Position numbers and translations under genes: made by a program. From contig JAUCBJ010005747.1 of NCBI GenBank assembly GCA_032718475.1, positions 1 through 51,482 on the forward strand: a DNA stretch of 51,482 nucleotides, read 5' to 3'. Source of the stretch: Nemertoderma westbladi. Its lineage: Eukaryota; Animalia; Xenacoelomorpha. This document shows, piece after piece, positions 1 through 13,654 of the stretch. The first letter of the stretch is position 1; the number at the start of each line of letters is the position of its first letter. The notes beneath the pieces were generated by a model. That model saw only the letters and a program-made list of their open reading frames with translations. It had not been told where the DNA came from and did not search any database.

Positions 1-2950
1 TACAATAACAACTGGAATAAACGAGTAGTGAATGGGTAGGTGTACCAACTACAATAACAACTGGAATAAACGAGTAGTGAATGGGTAGGTGTACCAACTA
101 CAATAACAACTGGAATAAACGAGTAATGATTGGGTAGATCAACCAACTACAATAACAACTGGAATAAACGAGTAGTGAATGGGTAGGTGTACCAACTACA
201 ATAACAACTGGAATAAACGAGTAATGATTGGGTAGATCAACCAACTACAATAACAACTGGAATAAACGAGTAGTGAATGGGTAGGTGTACCAACTACAAT
301 AACAACTGGAATAAACGAGTAGTGAATGGGTAGGTGTACCAACTACAATAACAACTGGAATAAACGAGTAGTGAATGGGTAGGTGTACCAACTACAATAA
401 CAACTGGAATGAACGAGTAGTGAATGGCTAGATCTACCAACTACAATAACAACTGGAATAAACGAGTAGTGAATGGGTAGATCTACCAACTACAATAACA
501 ACTGGAATGAACGAGTAGTGAATGGGTAGGTGTACCAACTACAATAACAACTGGAATGGACGAGTAGTGAATGGGTAGGTGTACCAACTACAATAACAAC
601 TGGAATAAACGAGTAGTGAATGGGTAGATCTACCAACTACAATAACAACTGGAATGAACGAGTAGTGAATGGGTAGGTGTACCAACTACAATAACAACTG
701 GAATGAACGAGTAGTGAATGGGTAGGTGTACCAACTACAATAACAACTGGAATGGACGAGTAGTGAATGGGTAGGTGTACCAACTACAATAACAACTGGA
801 ATGGACGAGTAGTGAATGGGTAGGTGTACCAACTACAATAACAACTGGAATAAACGAGTAGTGAATGGGTAGGTGTACAGAATTACAATAACAACTGGAA
901 TGAACGAGTAGTGAATGGGTAGATCTACCAACTACAATAACAACTGGAATGGACGAGTAGTGAATGGGTAGGTGTACCAACTACAATAACAACTGGAATA
1001 AACGAGTAATGATTGGGTAGATCAACCAACTACAATAACAACTGGAATAAACGAGTAGTGAATGGGTAGGTGTACCAACTACAATAACAACTGGAATAAA
1101 CGAGTAGTAAATGGGTAGGTGTACCAACTACAATAACAACTGGAATAAACGAGTAGTGAATGGGTAGGTGTACCAACTACAATAACAACTGGAATAAACG
1201 AGTAATGATTGGGTAGATCAACCAACTACAATAACAACTGGAATAAACGAGTAGTGAATGGGTAGGTGTACCAACTACAATAACAACTGGAATGGACGAG
1301 TAGTGAATGGGTAGGTGTACCAACTACAATAACAACTGGAATAAACGAGTAATGATTGGGTAGATCTACCAACTACAATAACAACTGGAATAAACGAGTA
1401 GTGAATGGGTAGGTGTACCAACTACAATAACAACTGGAATAAACGAGTAGTAAATGGGTAGGTGTACCAACTACAATAACAACTGGAATAAACGAGTAGT
1501 GAATGGGTAGGTGTACAGAATTACAATAACAACTGGAATAAACGAGTAGTGAATGGGTAGGTGTACCAACTACAATAACAACTGGAATAAACGAGTAGTG
1601 AATGGGTAGGTGTACCAACTACAATAACAACTGGAATAAACGAGTAGTGAATGGGTAGGTGTACAGAATTACAATAACAACTGGAATAAACGAGTAGTGA
1701 ATGGGTAGGTGTACCAACTACAATAACAACTGGAATAAACGAGTAGTAAATGGGTAGGTGTACCAACTACAATAACAACTGGAATAAACGAGTAGTGAAT
1801 GGGTAGGTGTACAGAATTACAATAACAACTGGAATAAACGAGTAGTGAATGGGTAGGTGTACCAACTACAATAACAACTGGAATAAACGAGTAGTAAATT
1901 GGTAGGTGTACCAACTACAATAACAACTGGAATAAACGAGTAGTGAATGGGTAGGTGTACAGAATTACAATAACAACTGGAATAAACGAGTAGTGAATGG
2001 GTAGGTGTTCCAACTACAATAACAACTGGAATAAACGAGTAGTGAATGGGTAGGTGTTCCAACTACAATAACAACTGGAATAAACGAGTAGTGAATGGGT
2101 AGGTGTACCAACTACAATAACAACTGGAATAAACGAGTAATGATTGGGTAGATCAACCAACTACAATAACAACTGGAATAAACGAGTAGTGAATGGGTAG
2201 GTGTACCAACTACAATAACAACTGGAATAAACGAGTAGTAAATGGGTAGGTGTACCAACTACAATAACAACTGGAATAAACGAGTAGTGATTGGGTAGGT
2301 GTACCAACTACAATAACAACTGGAATAAACGAGTAGTGAATGGGTAGGTGTACCAACTACAATAACAACTGGAATAAACGAGTAATGATTGGGTAGATCA
2401 ACCAACTACAATAACAACTGGAATAAACGAGTAGTGAATGGGTAGGTGTACCAACTACAATAACAACTGGAATAAACGAGTAGTGAATGGGTAGGTGTAC
2501 CAACTACAATAACAACTGTAATAAACGAGTAGTGAATGGGTAGGTGTACCAACTACAATAACAACTGGAATAAACGAGTAGTGAATGGGTAGGTGTACCA
2601 ACTACAATAACAACTGGAATAAACGAGTAGTGAATGGGTAGGTGTACCAACTACAATAACAACTGGAATAAACGAGTAGTGAATGGGTAGATGTACCAAC
2701 TACAATAACAACTGGAATAAACGAGTAGTGAATGGGTAGGTGTACCAACTACAATAACAACTGGAATGAACGAGTAGTGAATGGGTAGGTGTACCAACTA
2801 CAATAACAACTGGAATAAACGAGTAGTGAATGGGTAGGTGTACCAACTACAATAACAACTGGAATGAACGAGTAGTGAATGGGTAGGTGTACCAACTACA
2901 ATTACCGGAATGGGCGAGTAGTGAATGTGTAGGTGTACCAACTAACAACT
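1..2950. repeat. 49-bp minisatellite (ACAATAACAACTGGAATAAACGAGTAGTGAATGGGTAGGTGTACCAACT), ~60 copies, runs off the window start
   Basis: Unit recurs at 2 and 51. 50-bp variants (GTACAGAATT) give a local 148-bp period, seen in the ORF offsets 1373/1521/1669/1817. Decays near 2900-2985. Confidence 0.97.
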
Positions 2951-3122
2951 ACTGGAGTGCAACTGCTTCAACAACCGGAATGAACTATCGTATACTTCTG
3001 TATCTGTATAAATTATGTTCGCTAACCATTATTATAACTACTATTAACACTAAAACTTTATGTAGTACAATATTGTTATTTAATTATCCATTCTAATAAA
3101 TTCATTCCAATCTTTTCTCTAG

Positions 3123-3348
3123 ATGGGGAAAGAAGAATGAAATGTGTAACGTGTATATTTATATTTACCATGAATATAATTATAAGCATTCAGTTCCCGA
3201 CCTCTGTATGAAGTACACTTCCTATAAATCTCTCTGGGACGAAACGTTCGGAGTTGACAAGCATCCCGGCGACCTGGCCAGCGCGCTGCATCAGGAAGAC
3301 ATTGATCTTCTCAATGACTTGGGTATTGATATATTTATTGGTGGTTAG
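3123..3348 (+). CDS. Terminal exon of a copper type II ascorbate-dependent monooxygenase (PHM/PAM-like)
   Basis: Acceptor TCTTTTCTCTAG ends at 3122. Reads (x)WGKKNEMCNVYIYIYHE...IFIGG* to TAG. EMCNxY matches the CuM-ligand Met motif of PHM (DEMCNLYIMYY). Confidence 0.7.
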
Positions 3349-3677
3349 CATCATTTTTGGTTGTTGTATCACGAAATTTTAACTGTGGAACTTTGATAAA
3401 GTGTTTTTAATTTACTGCTATTTTTAAAATTTCCTTCCCCCTTTTGAGCTATGTTGTCAATTTATATATTATATACTTGTAATAATATCAATTATAACAC
3501 AATTTAATAAGTATGGGAAAATATGTGTAAATCAAACAGCAATAAGGTGCAACATTATTTGCTTATATTTATGGTATATCCAACGAGTCACTACACCAAT
3601 AACGACCATAAACTGTAAGCTAAACTAAAAGTTAAACTATAAAACTATATATAAACTATAAAACATTTCCTTACACT

Positions 3678-6600
3678 GTTTGACAATGGCTACGTTGTGT
3701 GACCATGGCTACGTTGTGTGACCATGGCTACCTGGTGTGACTATGGCTACGTTGTGTGACAATTTCTACGTTGTGCAACCATGGTTACGCTATGTGACCA
3801 CCATGGCTACCTGGTGTGACTATGGCTACGCTGTCTGACCATGGCTACGCTATGTGACCACCATGGCTACCTGGTGTGACTATGGTTACGCTATGTGACC
3901 ACCATGGCTACCTGGTGTGACTATGGCTTCGCTGCCTGACCATGGCTACGCTATGTGACCACCATGGCTACCTTGTGTGACTATGGCTTCGCTGCCTGAC
4001 CATGACTACGCTATGTGACCACCATGACTACCTGGTGTGACTATGGCTTCGCTGCCTGACCATGGCTACGCTATGTGACCACCATGACTACCTGGTGTGA
4101 CTATGGCTTCGCTGCCTGACCATGGCTACGCTATGTGACCACCATGGCTACCTTGTGTGACTATGGCTTCGCTGCCTGACCATGGCTACGCTATGTGACC
4201 ACCATGACTACCTGGTGTGACTATGGCTTCGCTGCCTGACCATGGCTACGCTATGTGACCACCATGACTACCTGGTGCGACTATGGCTTCGCTGCCTGAC
4301 CATGGCTACGCTATGTGACCACCATGGCTACCTGGTGTGACTATGGCTTCGCTGCCTGACCATGGCTACGCTATGTGACCACCATGACTACCTGGTGTGA
4401 CTATGGCTTCGCTGCCTGACCATGGCTACGCTATGTGACCACCATGGCTACCTGGTGTGACTATGGCTTCGCTGCCTGACCATGGCTACGCTATGTGACC
4501 ACCATGGCTACCTGGTGTGACTATGGCTTCAGTGTCTGACCATGGCTACGCTATGTGACCACCACGGCTACCTGGTGTGACTATGGCTTCGCTGGCTGAC
4601 CATGGCTACGCTATGTGACCACCATGGCTACCTGGTGTGTGACTATGGCTACGCTGGCTGACCATGGGTACGCTATGTGACAACCATGGCTACGCTATGT
4701 GACAACCATGGCTATCTGGTGTGACTATGGCTACGCTATGTGACCATGGCTACGCTATGTAACCACCATGGCTACTTTGTGCGACCATAGCTACGCTATG
4801 TGACCACCACGGCTACCTGGTGTGACTATGGCTACGTTGCCTGACCATGGCTACGCTATGTGACCACCACGTCTACCTGGTGTGACTATGGCTACGCTAT
4901 GTGACCACACCATGGCTACCTTGTGTGACTATGGCTACACTGCCTGACCATGGCTACGCTATGTGACCACCATGGCTACCTGGTGTGACTATGGCTACGC
5001 TGCCTGACCATGGCTACGCTATGTGACAACCATGGCTATCTGGTGTGACTATGGCTACGCTATGTGACCATGGCTAAGCTATGTAACCACCATGGCTACT
5101 TTGTGCGACCATAGCTACGCTATGTGACCACCACGGCTACCTGGTGTGACTATGGCTACGTTGCCTGACCATTGCTACGCTATGTGACCACCACGTCTAC
5201 CTGGTGTGACTATGGCTACGCTATGTGACCACACCATGGCTACCTTGTGTGACTATGGCTACACTGCCTGACCATGGCTACGCTATGTGACCACCATGGC
5301 TACATGGTGTGACTATGGCTACGCTGGCTGACCATGGCTACGCTATGTGACCACCATGGCTACCTGGTGTGACTATGGCTACGCTGCCTGACCATGGCTA
5401 CCCTATGTGACAACCATGGCTACGCTATGTGACAACCATGACTACCTGGTGTGACTATGGCTACGCTATGTGACCACCATGGCTACCTGGTGTGACTATA
5501 GCTACGCTGCCTGACCATGGCTACTTTATGTGACCACCATGGCTACTTGGTGTGACTATGGCTACGCTATGTGACCACCATGGCTACCTGGTGTGACTAT
5601 GGCTACGCTGCCTGACCATGGCTACGCTATGTGACCACCATGGCTGCCTGGTGTGACTATGGCTACCTGGTGTGACCACACCATGGCTACCTGGTGTGAC
5701 TATGGCTACGCTGCCTGACCATGGCTACGCTATGTGACCACCATGGCTACCTGGTGTGTCTATGGCTACGCTGCCTGACCATGGATACGCTATGTGACCA
5801 CCATGGCTACCTGGTGTGACTATGGCTACGTTGTCTGAGCATGGCTACGCTATGTGACCACCGCGGCTACCTGGTGTGACTATGGCTACGCTGCCTGACC
5901 ATGGCTACGCTATGTGACCACCATGGCTACTTGGTGTGACTATGGCTACACTATGTGACCACACCATGGCTACCTTGTGTGACTATGGCTACGCTGTCTG
6001 ACCATGGCTACGCTATGTGACCACCATGGCTACCTGGTGTGACTATGGCTACGCTATGTGACCACCATGGCTACCTGGTGTGACTATGGCTACGCTGGCT
6101 GACCATGGATACGCTATGTGACCACCATGGCTACCTGGTGTGACTATGGCAACGCTGCCTGACCATGGCTACGCTATGTGACAACCATGGCTACCTGGTG
6201 TGACTATGGCTACGCTATGTGACCATGGCTACGCTATGTAACCACCATGGCTACTTTGTGCGACCATAGCTACGCTATGTGACCACCACGGCTACCTGGT
6301 GTGACTATGGCTACGTTGCCTGACCATGGCTACGCTATGTGACCACCACGTCTACATGGTGTGACTATGGCTACGCTATGTGACCACACCATGGCTACCT
6401 TGTGTGACTATGGCTACACTGCCTGACCATGGCTACGCTGTGACCACCATGGCTACCTGGTGTGACTATGGCTACGCTATGTGACCACCATGGCTACCTG
6501 GTGTGACTATGGCTACGCTGGCTGACCATGGATACGCTATGTGACCACCATGGCTACCTGGTGTGACTATGGCAACGCTGCCTGACCATGGCTACGCTCT

Positions 6601-9600
6601 GTGACAACCATGGCTACCTGGTGTGACTATGGCTACGCTATGTGACCATGGCTACGCTATGTAACCACCATGGCTACTTTGTGCGACCATAGCTACGCTA
6701 TGTGACCACCACGGCTACCTGGTGTGACTATGGCTACGCTGGCTGACCATGGCTACGCTATGTGACCACCATGGCTACCTGGTGTGACTATGGCTACGCT
6801 GCCTGACCATGGCTACCCTATGTGACAACCATGGCTACGCTATGTGACAACCATGGCTACCTGGTGTGACTATGGCTACGCTATGTGACCACCATGGCTA
6901 CCTGGTGTGACTATAGCTACGCTGCCTGACCATGGCTACTTTATGTGACCACACCATGGCTACCTTGTGTGACTATGGCTACACTGCCTGACCATGGCTA
7001 CGCTGTGACCACCATGGCTACCTGGTGTGACTATGGCTACTTGGTGTGACTATGGCTACGCTATGTGACCACCATGGCTACCTGGTGTGACTATGGCTAC
7101 GCTGCCTGACCATGGCTACGCTATGTGACCACCATGGCTACCTGGTGTGACTATGGCTACGCTATGTGACCACACCATGCCTTCCTGGTGTGACTATGGC
7201 TACGCTGCCTGACCATGGCTACGCTATGTGACCACCATGGCTACCTGGTGTGTCTATGGCTACGCTGCCTGACCATGGATACGCTATGTGACCACCATGG
7301 CTACCTGGTGTGACTATGGCTACGTTGCCTGAGCATGGCTACGCTATGTGACCACCGCGGCTACCTGGTGTGACTATGGCTACGCTGCCTGACCATGGCT
7401 ACGCTATGTGACCACCATGGCTACTTGGTGTGACTATGGCTACACTATGTGACCACACCATGGCTACCTTGTGTGACTATGGCTACGCTGCCTGACCATG
7501 GCTACGCTATGTGACCACCATGGCTACCTGGTGTGACTATGGCTACGCTATGTGACCACCATGGCTACCTGGTGTGACTATGGCTACGCTGGCTGACCAT
7601 GGATACGCTATGTGACCACCATGGCTACCTGGTGTGACTATGGCAACGCTGCCTGACCATGGCTACGCTATGTGACAACCATGGCTACCTGGTGTGACTA
7701 TGGCTACGCTATATGACCACCATGGCTATCTGGTGTGACTATGGCTACGCTATGTGACCATGGCTACACTATGTAACCACCATGGCTACTTTGTGCGACC
7801 ATAGCTACGCTATGTGACCACCACGGCTACCTGGTGTGACTATGGCTACGCTGCCTGACCATGGCTACGCTATGTGACCACCATGGCTACCTGGTGTGAC
7901 TATGGCTACACTATGTGACCACACCATGGCTACCTTGTGTGACTATGGCTACGCTGCCTGACCATGGCTACGCTATGTGACCACCATGGCTACCTGGTGT
8001 AACTATGGCTACACTATGTGACCACACCATGGCTACCTTGTGTGACTATGGCTACGCTGCCTGACCATGGCTACGCTATGTGACCACCATGGCTACCTGG
8101 TGTGACTATGGCTACGCTAAGTGACCACCATGGCTACCTGGTTTGACTATGGCTACGCTGGCTGACCATGGATACGCTATGTGACCACCATGGCTACCTG
8201 GTGTGACTATGGCTACGCTGCCTGACCATGGCTACGCTATGTGACAACCATGGCTACCTGGTGTGACTATGGCTACGCTATATGACCACCATGGCTACCT
8301 GGTGTGACTATGGCTACGCTATGTGACCATGGCTACGCTATGTGACCAACATGGCTACCTGGTGTGACTTTGGCTACGCAATGTGACCACACCATGGCTA
8401 CCTGGTGCGACTATGGCTACGCTGCCTGACCATGGCTACGCTATGTGACCACCATGGCTACCTGGTGTGACCATGGCTACGTTGCCTGACCATGTCTACG
8501 CTATGTGACCACCATGGCTACCTGGTGTGACTATGGCTACGCTGGCTGACCATGGATACGCTATGTGACCATCGCGGCTACCTGGTGTGACTCTGGCTAC
8601 GCTATGTGACCACCATGGCTACCTGGTGTGACTATGGCTACTTTGTGCGACCATGGCTACGCTATGTGACCACCACGGTTCCTGGTGTGACTATAGCTAC
8701 GCTGCCTGACCATGGCTACTTTATGTGACCACCATGGCTACCTGGTGTGACTATGGCTTCACTGTCTGACCATGGCTACGCTATGTGACCACCACGGCTA
8801 CCTGGTGTGACTATGGCTACGCTGGCTGACCATGGATACGCTATGTGACCATCGCGGCTACCTGGTGTGACTCTGGCTACGCTATGTGACCACCATGGCT
8901 ACCTGGTGTAACTATGCTTCGCTGTCTGACCATGGCTACGCTATATGACCACCACGGCTACCTGGTGTGACTATGGCTACGCTATGTGACCACCATGGCT
9001 ACCTGGTGTGACTATGGCTACGCTATGTGACCACCATGGCTACCTGGTGTGACTATGGCTACGCTGGCTGACCATGGATATGCTATGTGACCACCGCGGC
9101 TACCTGGTGTGACTCTGGCTACGCTATATGACCACCATGGCTACCTGGTGTGACTATGGCTACTTTGTGCGACCATGGCTACGCTATGTGACCACCACGG
9201 CTACCTGGTGTGACTATGGCTACGCTATGTGACCACCATGGCTACCTGGTGTGACTATGGCTTCTCTGTCTGACCATGGCTACGCTATATGACCACCACG
9301 GCTACCTGGTGTGACTGACTATGGCTACGCTATGTGACCACCATGGCTACCTGGTGTGACTATGGCTACGCTATGTGACCACCATGGCTACCTGGTGTGA
9401 CTATGGCTTCTCTGTCTGACCATGGCTACGCTATATGACCACCACGGCTACCTGGTGTGACTGACTATGGCTACGCTATGTGACCACCATGGCTACCTGG
9501 TGTGACTATGGCTACGCTATGTGACCACCATGGCTACCTGGTGTGACTATGGCTTCTCTGTCTGACCATGGCTACGCTATATGACCACCACGGCTACCTG

Positions 9601-11313
9601 GTGTGACTGACTATGGCTACGCTATGTGACCACCATGGCTACCTGGTGTGACTATGGCTACGCTATGTGACCACCATGGCTACCTGGTGTGACTATGGCT
9701 ACACTGCCTGACCATGGATACGCTATGTGACCACCATGGCTACCTGGTGTGACTATGGCTACGCTGCCTGACCATGGCTACGCTATGTGACCACCATGGC
9801 TACCTGGTGTGACCATGGCTACGTTGCCTGACCATGTCTACGCTATGTGACCACCATGGCTACCTGGTGTGACTATGGCTATGCTGTCTGACCATGGCTA
9901 CGCTATGTGACCACCATGGCTACCTGGTGTGACTATGGTTACGCTATGTGACCACCATGGCTACCTGGTGTGACTATGGCTTCGCTGTCTGACCATGGCT
10001 ACGCTATGTGACCATCACGGCTACCTGGTGTGACTTTGGCTACGCTATGTGACCATGGCTACGCTATGTGATCACAATGGCTACTTTGTGCAACCATGGC
10101 TACGCTATGTGACCACCAAAGCTACCTGGAGTGTCTATGGCTACGCTGCCTGACCATGGCTACGCTATGTGACCACCACGGCTACCTGGTGTGACTATGG
10201 CTACGCTGGCTGACCATGTCTACGCTATGTGACCACCATGGCTACCTGGTGTGACTATGGCTACTTTGTGCGACCATGGCTACGCTATGTGACCACCATG
10301 GCTACCTGGTGTGACTATGGCTACGCTATGTGACCACCATGGCTACCTGGTGTGACTATGGCTACGCTATGTGACCACCACGGCTACCTGGTGTGACTAT
10401 GGCTACGCTATGTGACCACCATGGCTACCTGGTGTGACTATGGCTACGCTGGCTGACCATGGCTACGCTATGTGACCACCATGGCTACCTGGTGTGACTA
10501 TAGCTACGCTGCCTGACCATGGCTACTTTATGTGACCACCATGGCTACTTGGTGTGACTATGGCTACGCTATGTGACCACCATGGCTACCTGGTGTGACT
10601 ATGGCTACGCTGCCTGACCATGGCTACGCTATATGACCACCACGGTTACCTGGTGTGACTATGGCTACGCTATGTGACCACCATGGCTACCTGGTGTGAC
10701 TATGGCTACTTTGTGCGACCATGGCTACGCTATGTGACCACCACGGCTACCTGGTGTGACTATGGCTACGCTATGTGACCATGGCTACGCTATGTGACCA
10801 CCATGGCTACCTGGTGTGACTATGGCTATGCTGTCTGACCATGGCTACGCTATGTGACCACCATGGCTACCTGGTGTGACTATGGTTACGCTATGTGACC
10901 ACCATGGCTACCTGGTGTGACTATGGCTTCGCTGTCTGACCATGGCTACGCTATGTGACCATCACGGCTACCTGGTGTGACTTTGGCTACGCTATGTGAC
11001 CATGGCTACGCTATGTGATCACAATGGCTACTTTGTGCAACCATGGCTACGCTATGTGACCACCAAAGCTACCTGGAGTGTCTATGGCTACGCTGCCTGA
11101 CCATAGCTACGCTATGTGACCACCACGGCTACCTGGTGTGACTTTGGCGACGCTATGTGATCACAATGGCTACTCTGTGCGACCATGGCTACGCTATGTG
11201 ACCACCATGGCTACCTGATGTGACTATGGCTACGCTATATGACCATGGCTACGCTATGTGACTGGCTACGTTACCTGACCATGGCTATGCTATGTGACCA
11301 CCATGGCTACCTG
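3678..11313. repeat. 7.6-kb satellite of 19/22-bp monomers (core GTGAC(C/T)ATGGCTAC) arranged mostly as 60-bp (19+22+19) and 41-bp higher-order units
   Basis: Lines 3841-4620 align in 60-bp register. Monomer variants recur in longer duplicated blocks. Confidence 0.97.
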
Positions 11314-11908
11314 TGTCTGCCACATGTGTCGACCAATGTCTTCCTCGGGGTTCTAGAATGTGCGGTACGACAGACAGGTAGTCAACCAAACAGCTAGCGG
11401 GCATGTCAACAATCTGATTGTCACAAAATTGACGAGCTGATCTTTAACTTCCAGGCAGAATAATAATAATTTCAAAAACTTAAGCCTCTGCGTTCTAGCA
11501 TTTTGGATGTGACTGACGGATGAGTTGAAAAAAAGACAGATCTTTGTAAATTGAATTACAACAGACATCTGCGGAGCGATTGTTATGCATGCAGTTTGTC
11601 TTGCATGTTATGTTACGTATATATATTATTTTAGTTATTATATATTTATCTCGTGTGCGAAGATTGAAGGCGGGGAAGATGAACCCCTGACGAACATTGC
11701 AGTAAAGAATGTAAGATAAATAAAGATAGAATAATTAAAATAGTTGACGCTTTTAATCGGAATAAATTAAATTATGAAACCAACTCATTTGGAGTTCTAG
11801 TTAAAATAAATACTAATACATCTACTTCTACTTCTAAAATAGAAAAAAAGATACGTAAAGATAAATAATGGAATAGTGATAATATGATCAACAACTAATA
11901 ACTAATGA

Positions 11909-11973
11909 CACCAGCCAATCAATACATACTACCAGCCAATCAATACATACTACCAGCCAATCAATACATACTA
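11909..11973. repeat. 21-bp tandem repeat (ACCAGCCAATCAATACATACT) x3, just past the NR2E stop codon (presumed 3' UTR)
   Basis: Three directly visible copies. Confidence 0.85.
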
Positions 11974-12031
11974 TACATCAATTTATCAGCAATCACGAAG
12001 ATTATAATACTTTAGAACTATCCAATAGTTT

Positions 12032-12273
12032 CTAACTATTTTGAAACATGTCGCAAAGCAATCGTTCAATAGGAATTGCGCCGATGGTTTCTTTAAAGAA
12101 CAAATCTTCTATGACCCTGGATTTAACCGAGTTTAATGAGGAGAGTGCGAGCATTAGTTTACCAAGACGCACCATCTGTGCGGGTAGTCGATGACGTATG
12201 TAGTCCGATAACATTACCTGCGCCTGGTCCTGTAGCACTTCAACCTGTTGGGAATCGCGTAACCCTCGAGTTT
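12032..12273 (-). CDS. dsf: NR2E (dsf-like) nuclear receptor exon 7: LBD helices 9-12 and AF-2
   Basis: TTTTTAG acceptor at 12274-12280, phase 1. Reads ETRGLRDSQQVEVLQDQAQVML...RLGKLMLAL...FFKETIGAIPIERLLCDMFQNS* (TAG at 12032-12034), a typical NR2E C-terminus. Confidence 0.93.
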
Positions 12274-12439
12274 CTAAAAAAAATATTTATGATTAATTAA
12301 ATAAATTTAACTGATTATCAGACATTTAACGCCGCTGTAAGTTTGATAACAATCACATACATTATTTAATGCAATGCAATTTGCTACTGTTTTTTTCCTT
12401 TGCCTGTGTTTCGTTTCCTTTCATGTTACCTTATATATT

Positions 12440-12532
12440 AGACGGCGGCGCGGTGTAGCTCAGTTGGTTGAGAGCCGGACTTGCAATCAATTGGTTTTAG
12501 GTTCAACCCCACCAGGGTTCACTCCGCGCACT
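12440..12532 (+). mobile_element. 3'-truncated tRNA-derived SINE (head only)
   Basis: A box TAGCTCAGTTGG and B-box-like GGTTCAACCC. Colinear with the 5' part of the SINE at 39272. Flanked by TTATATATT direct repeats (12431-12439, 12533-12541). Confidence 0.8.
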
Positions 12533-13011
12533 TTATATATTTTAAAAGCTACTAAGTATGAAATTCATTTTCCTTCATTAATTTAAAAAATGTTCATCCA
12601 ATACAGAATAATTAATAAATTAATTATACTTTATTTCCTTTATATTGAAAATTAAGTGTTTATCTTGTTTATCCTCCTTAATAATTCTAGTAAGAGTTTG
12701 AATTTTTTATAAAACTTAAAAGAGTGGAAAAACTTATGTGACTGCAAAATAATTCCACGTAAACATAATAATTATACAGTAGTAAGTAATATTAATGAAC
12801 CTTTAAGTTTAGACATACTGTAGGTATAGTAAATCAACAAACAAGTTAGTTGAGTCAAAAACTAGATCATCTTGACAAGATTTCACTTTATCATGAGTTT
12901 GGCAAATTGACTATTTTTATTGAAATCTCGTAAATAATTTCCGTAGTTTAATACTTTAATGCATAATATTCAACATAGATAAACAATATTACAACAGACA
13001 AAGTGACGTAC

Positions 13012-13258
13012 CTGGTTTGAATATAACAATGGCTTTGAGACAGGCGTACTCGGTGGCATCTACTTGGAGCTTCTTGAACCGAGCGACAATCTCCTGTATG
13101 TGTCTGACATCGGCGACGATGGAGTTTAATCGATCGGAACTGAGATTATCGGATCGCAGATTGGCGCTCTGCAACAGTTCCGATACCTCCATGGGAACGC
13201 ACCACTGGGCGAATCCCAGAAGGAATAGTTCCCGCCATCCCTCCTCCAATAGAATTAC
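13012..13258 (-). CDS. dsf: NR2E (dsf-like) exon 6: LBD
   Basis: TTCCTTCAG acceptor, G|GTACGT donor. Reads VILLEEGWRELFLLGFAQW...FKKLQVDATEYACLKAIVIFKP, continuing the RDQ|VILLE LBD signature from exon 5. Confidence 0.94.
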
Positions 13259-13289
13259 CTGAAGGAAAAACAAACCTCGGTATACTTGG

Positions 13290-13654
13290 TGGCACAAATA
13301 CTGGGTTAGTAGGCCAAGTGGCTCAAATAATGGGTTAAGTAGACCAAGTGGCTCAAATACTGGGTTAGTTGGCCTAGTGGCTCAAATACTGGGTTAGTTG
13401 GCCTAGTGGCTCAAATACGGGGTTAGTTGGCCTAGTGGCTCAAATACTGGGTTAGTTGGCCAAGTGGCTCAAATACTGGGTTAGTTGGCCAAGTGGCTCA
13501 ACTACTGGGTTAGTTGGCCAAGTGGCTCAAATAATGGGTTAAGTAAGCCAAGTGGCTCAAATAATGGGTTAAGTAGTCCAAGTGGCTCAAATACTGGGTT
13601 AGTAGGCCTAGTGGCTCAAATACTGGGTTAGTTGGCCAAGTGGCTCAAATACGG
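13290..13654. repeat. 29/30-bp minisatellite (GGGTTAGTTGGCCAAGTGGCTCAAATACT), left part
   Basis: Period 29 (CTCAAATA at 13381 and 13410). Cut mid-unit by the transposon at 13655. Confidence 0.95.

Noticed and set aside
735-2062. Five 81-aa minus-strand ORFs
   Set aside because: Frame-cycling translations of the 49-bp array.
3796-11310. Many Kozak-like ACCACCATGG sites (also in the 63-bp array)
   Set aside because: Followed by in-frame stops within a few units; no evidence of translation.
12445-12515. Functional tRNA gene (also at 39285-39350)
   Set aside because: Stems pair poorly, the two copies diverge, and one continues into a SINE body with TSD.
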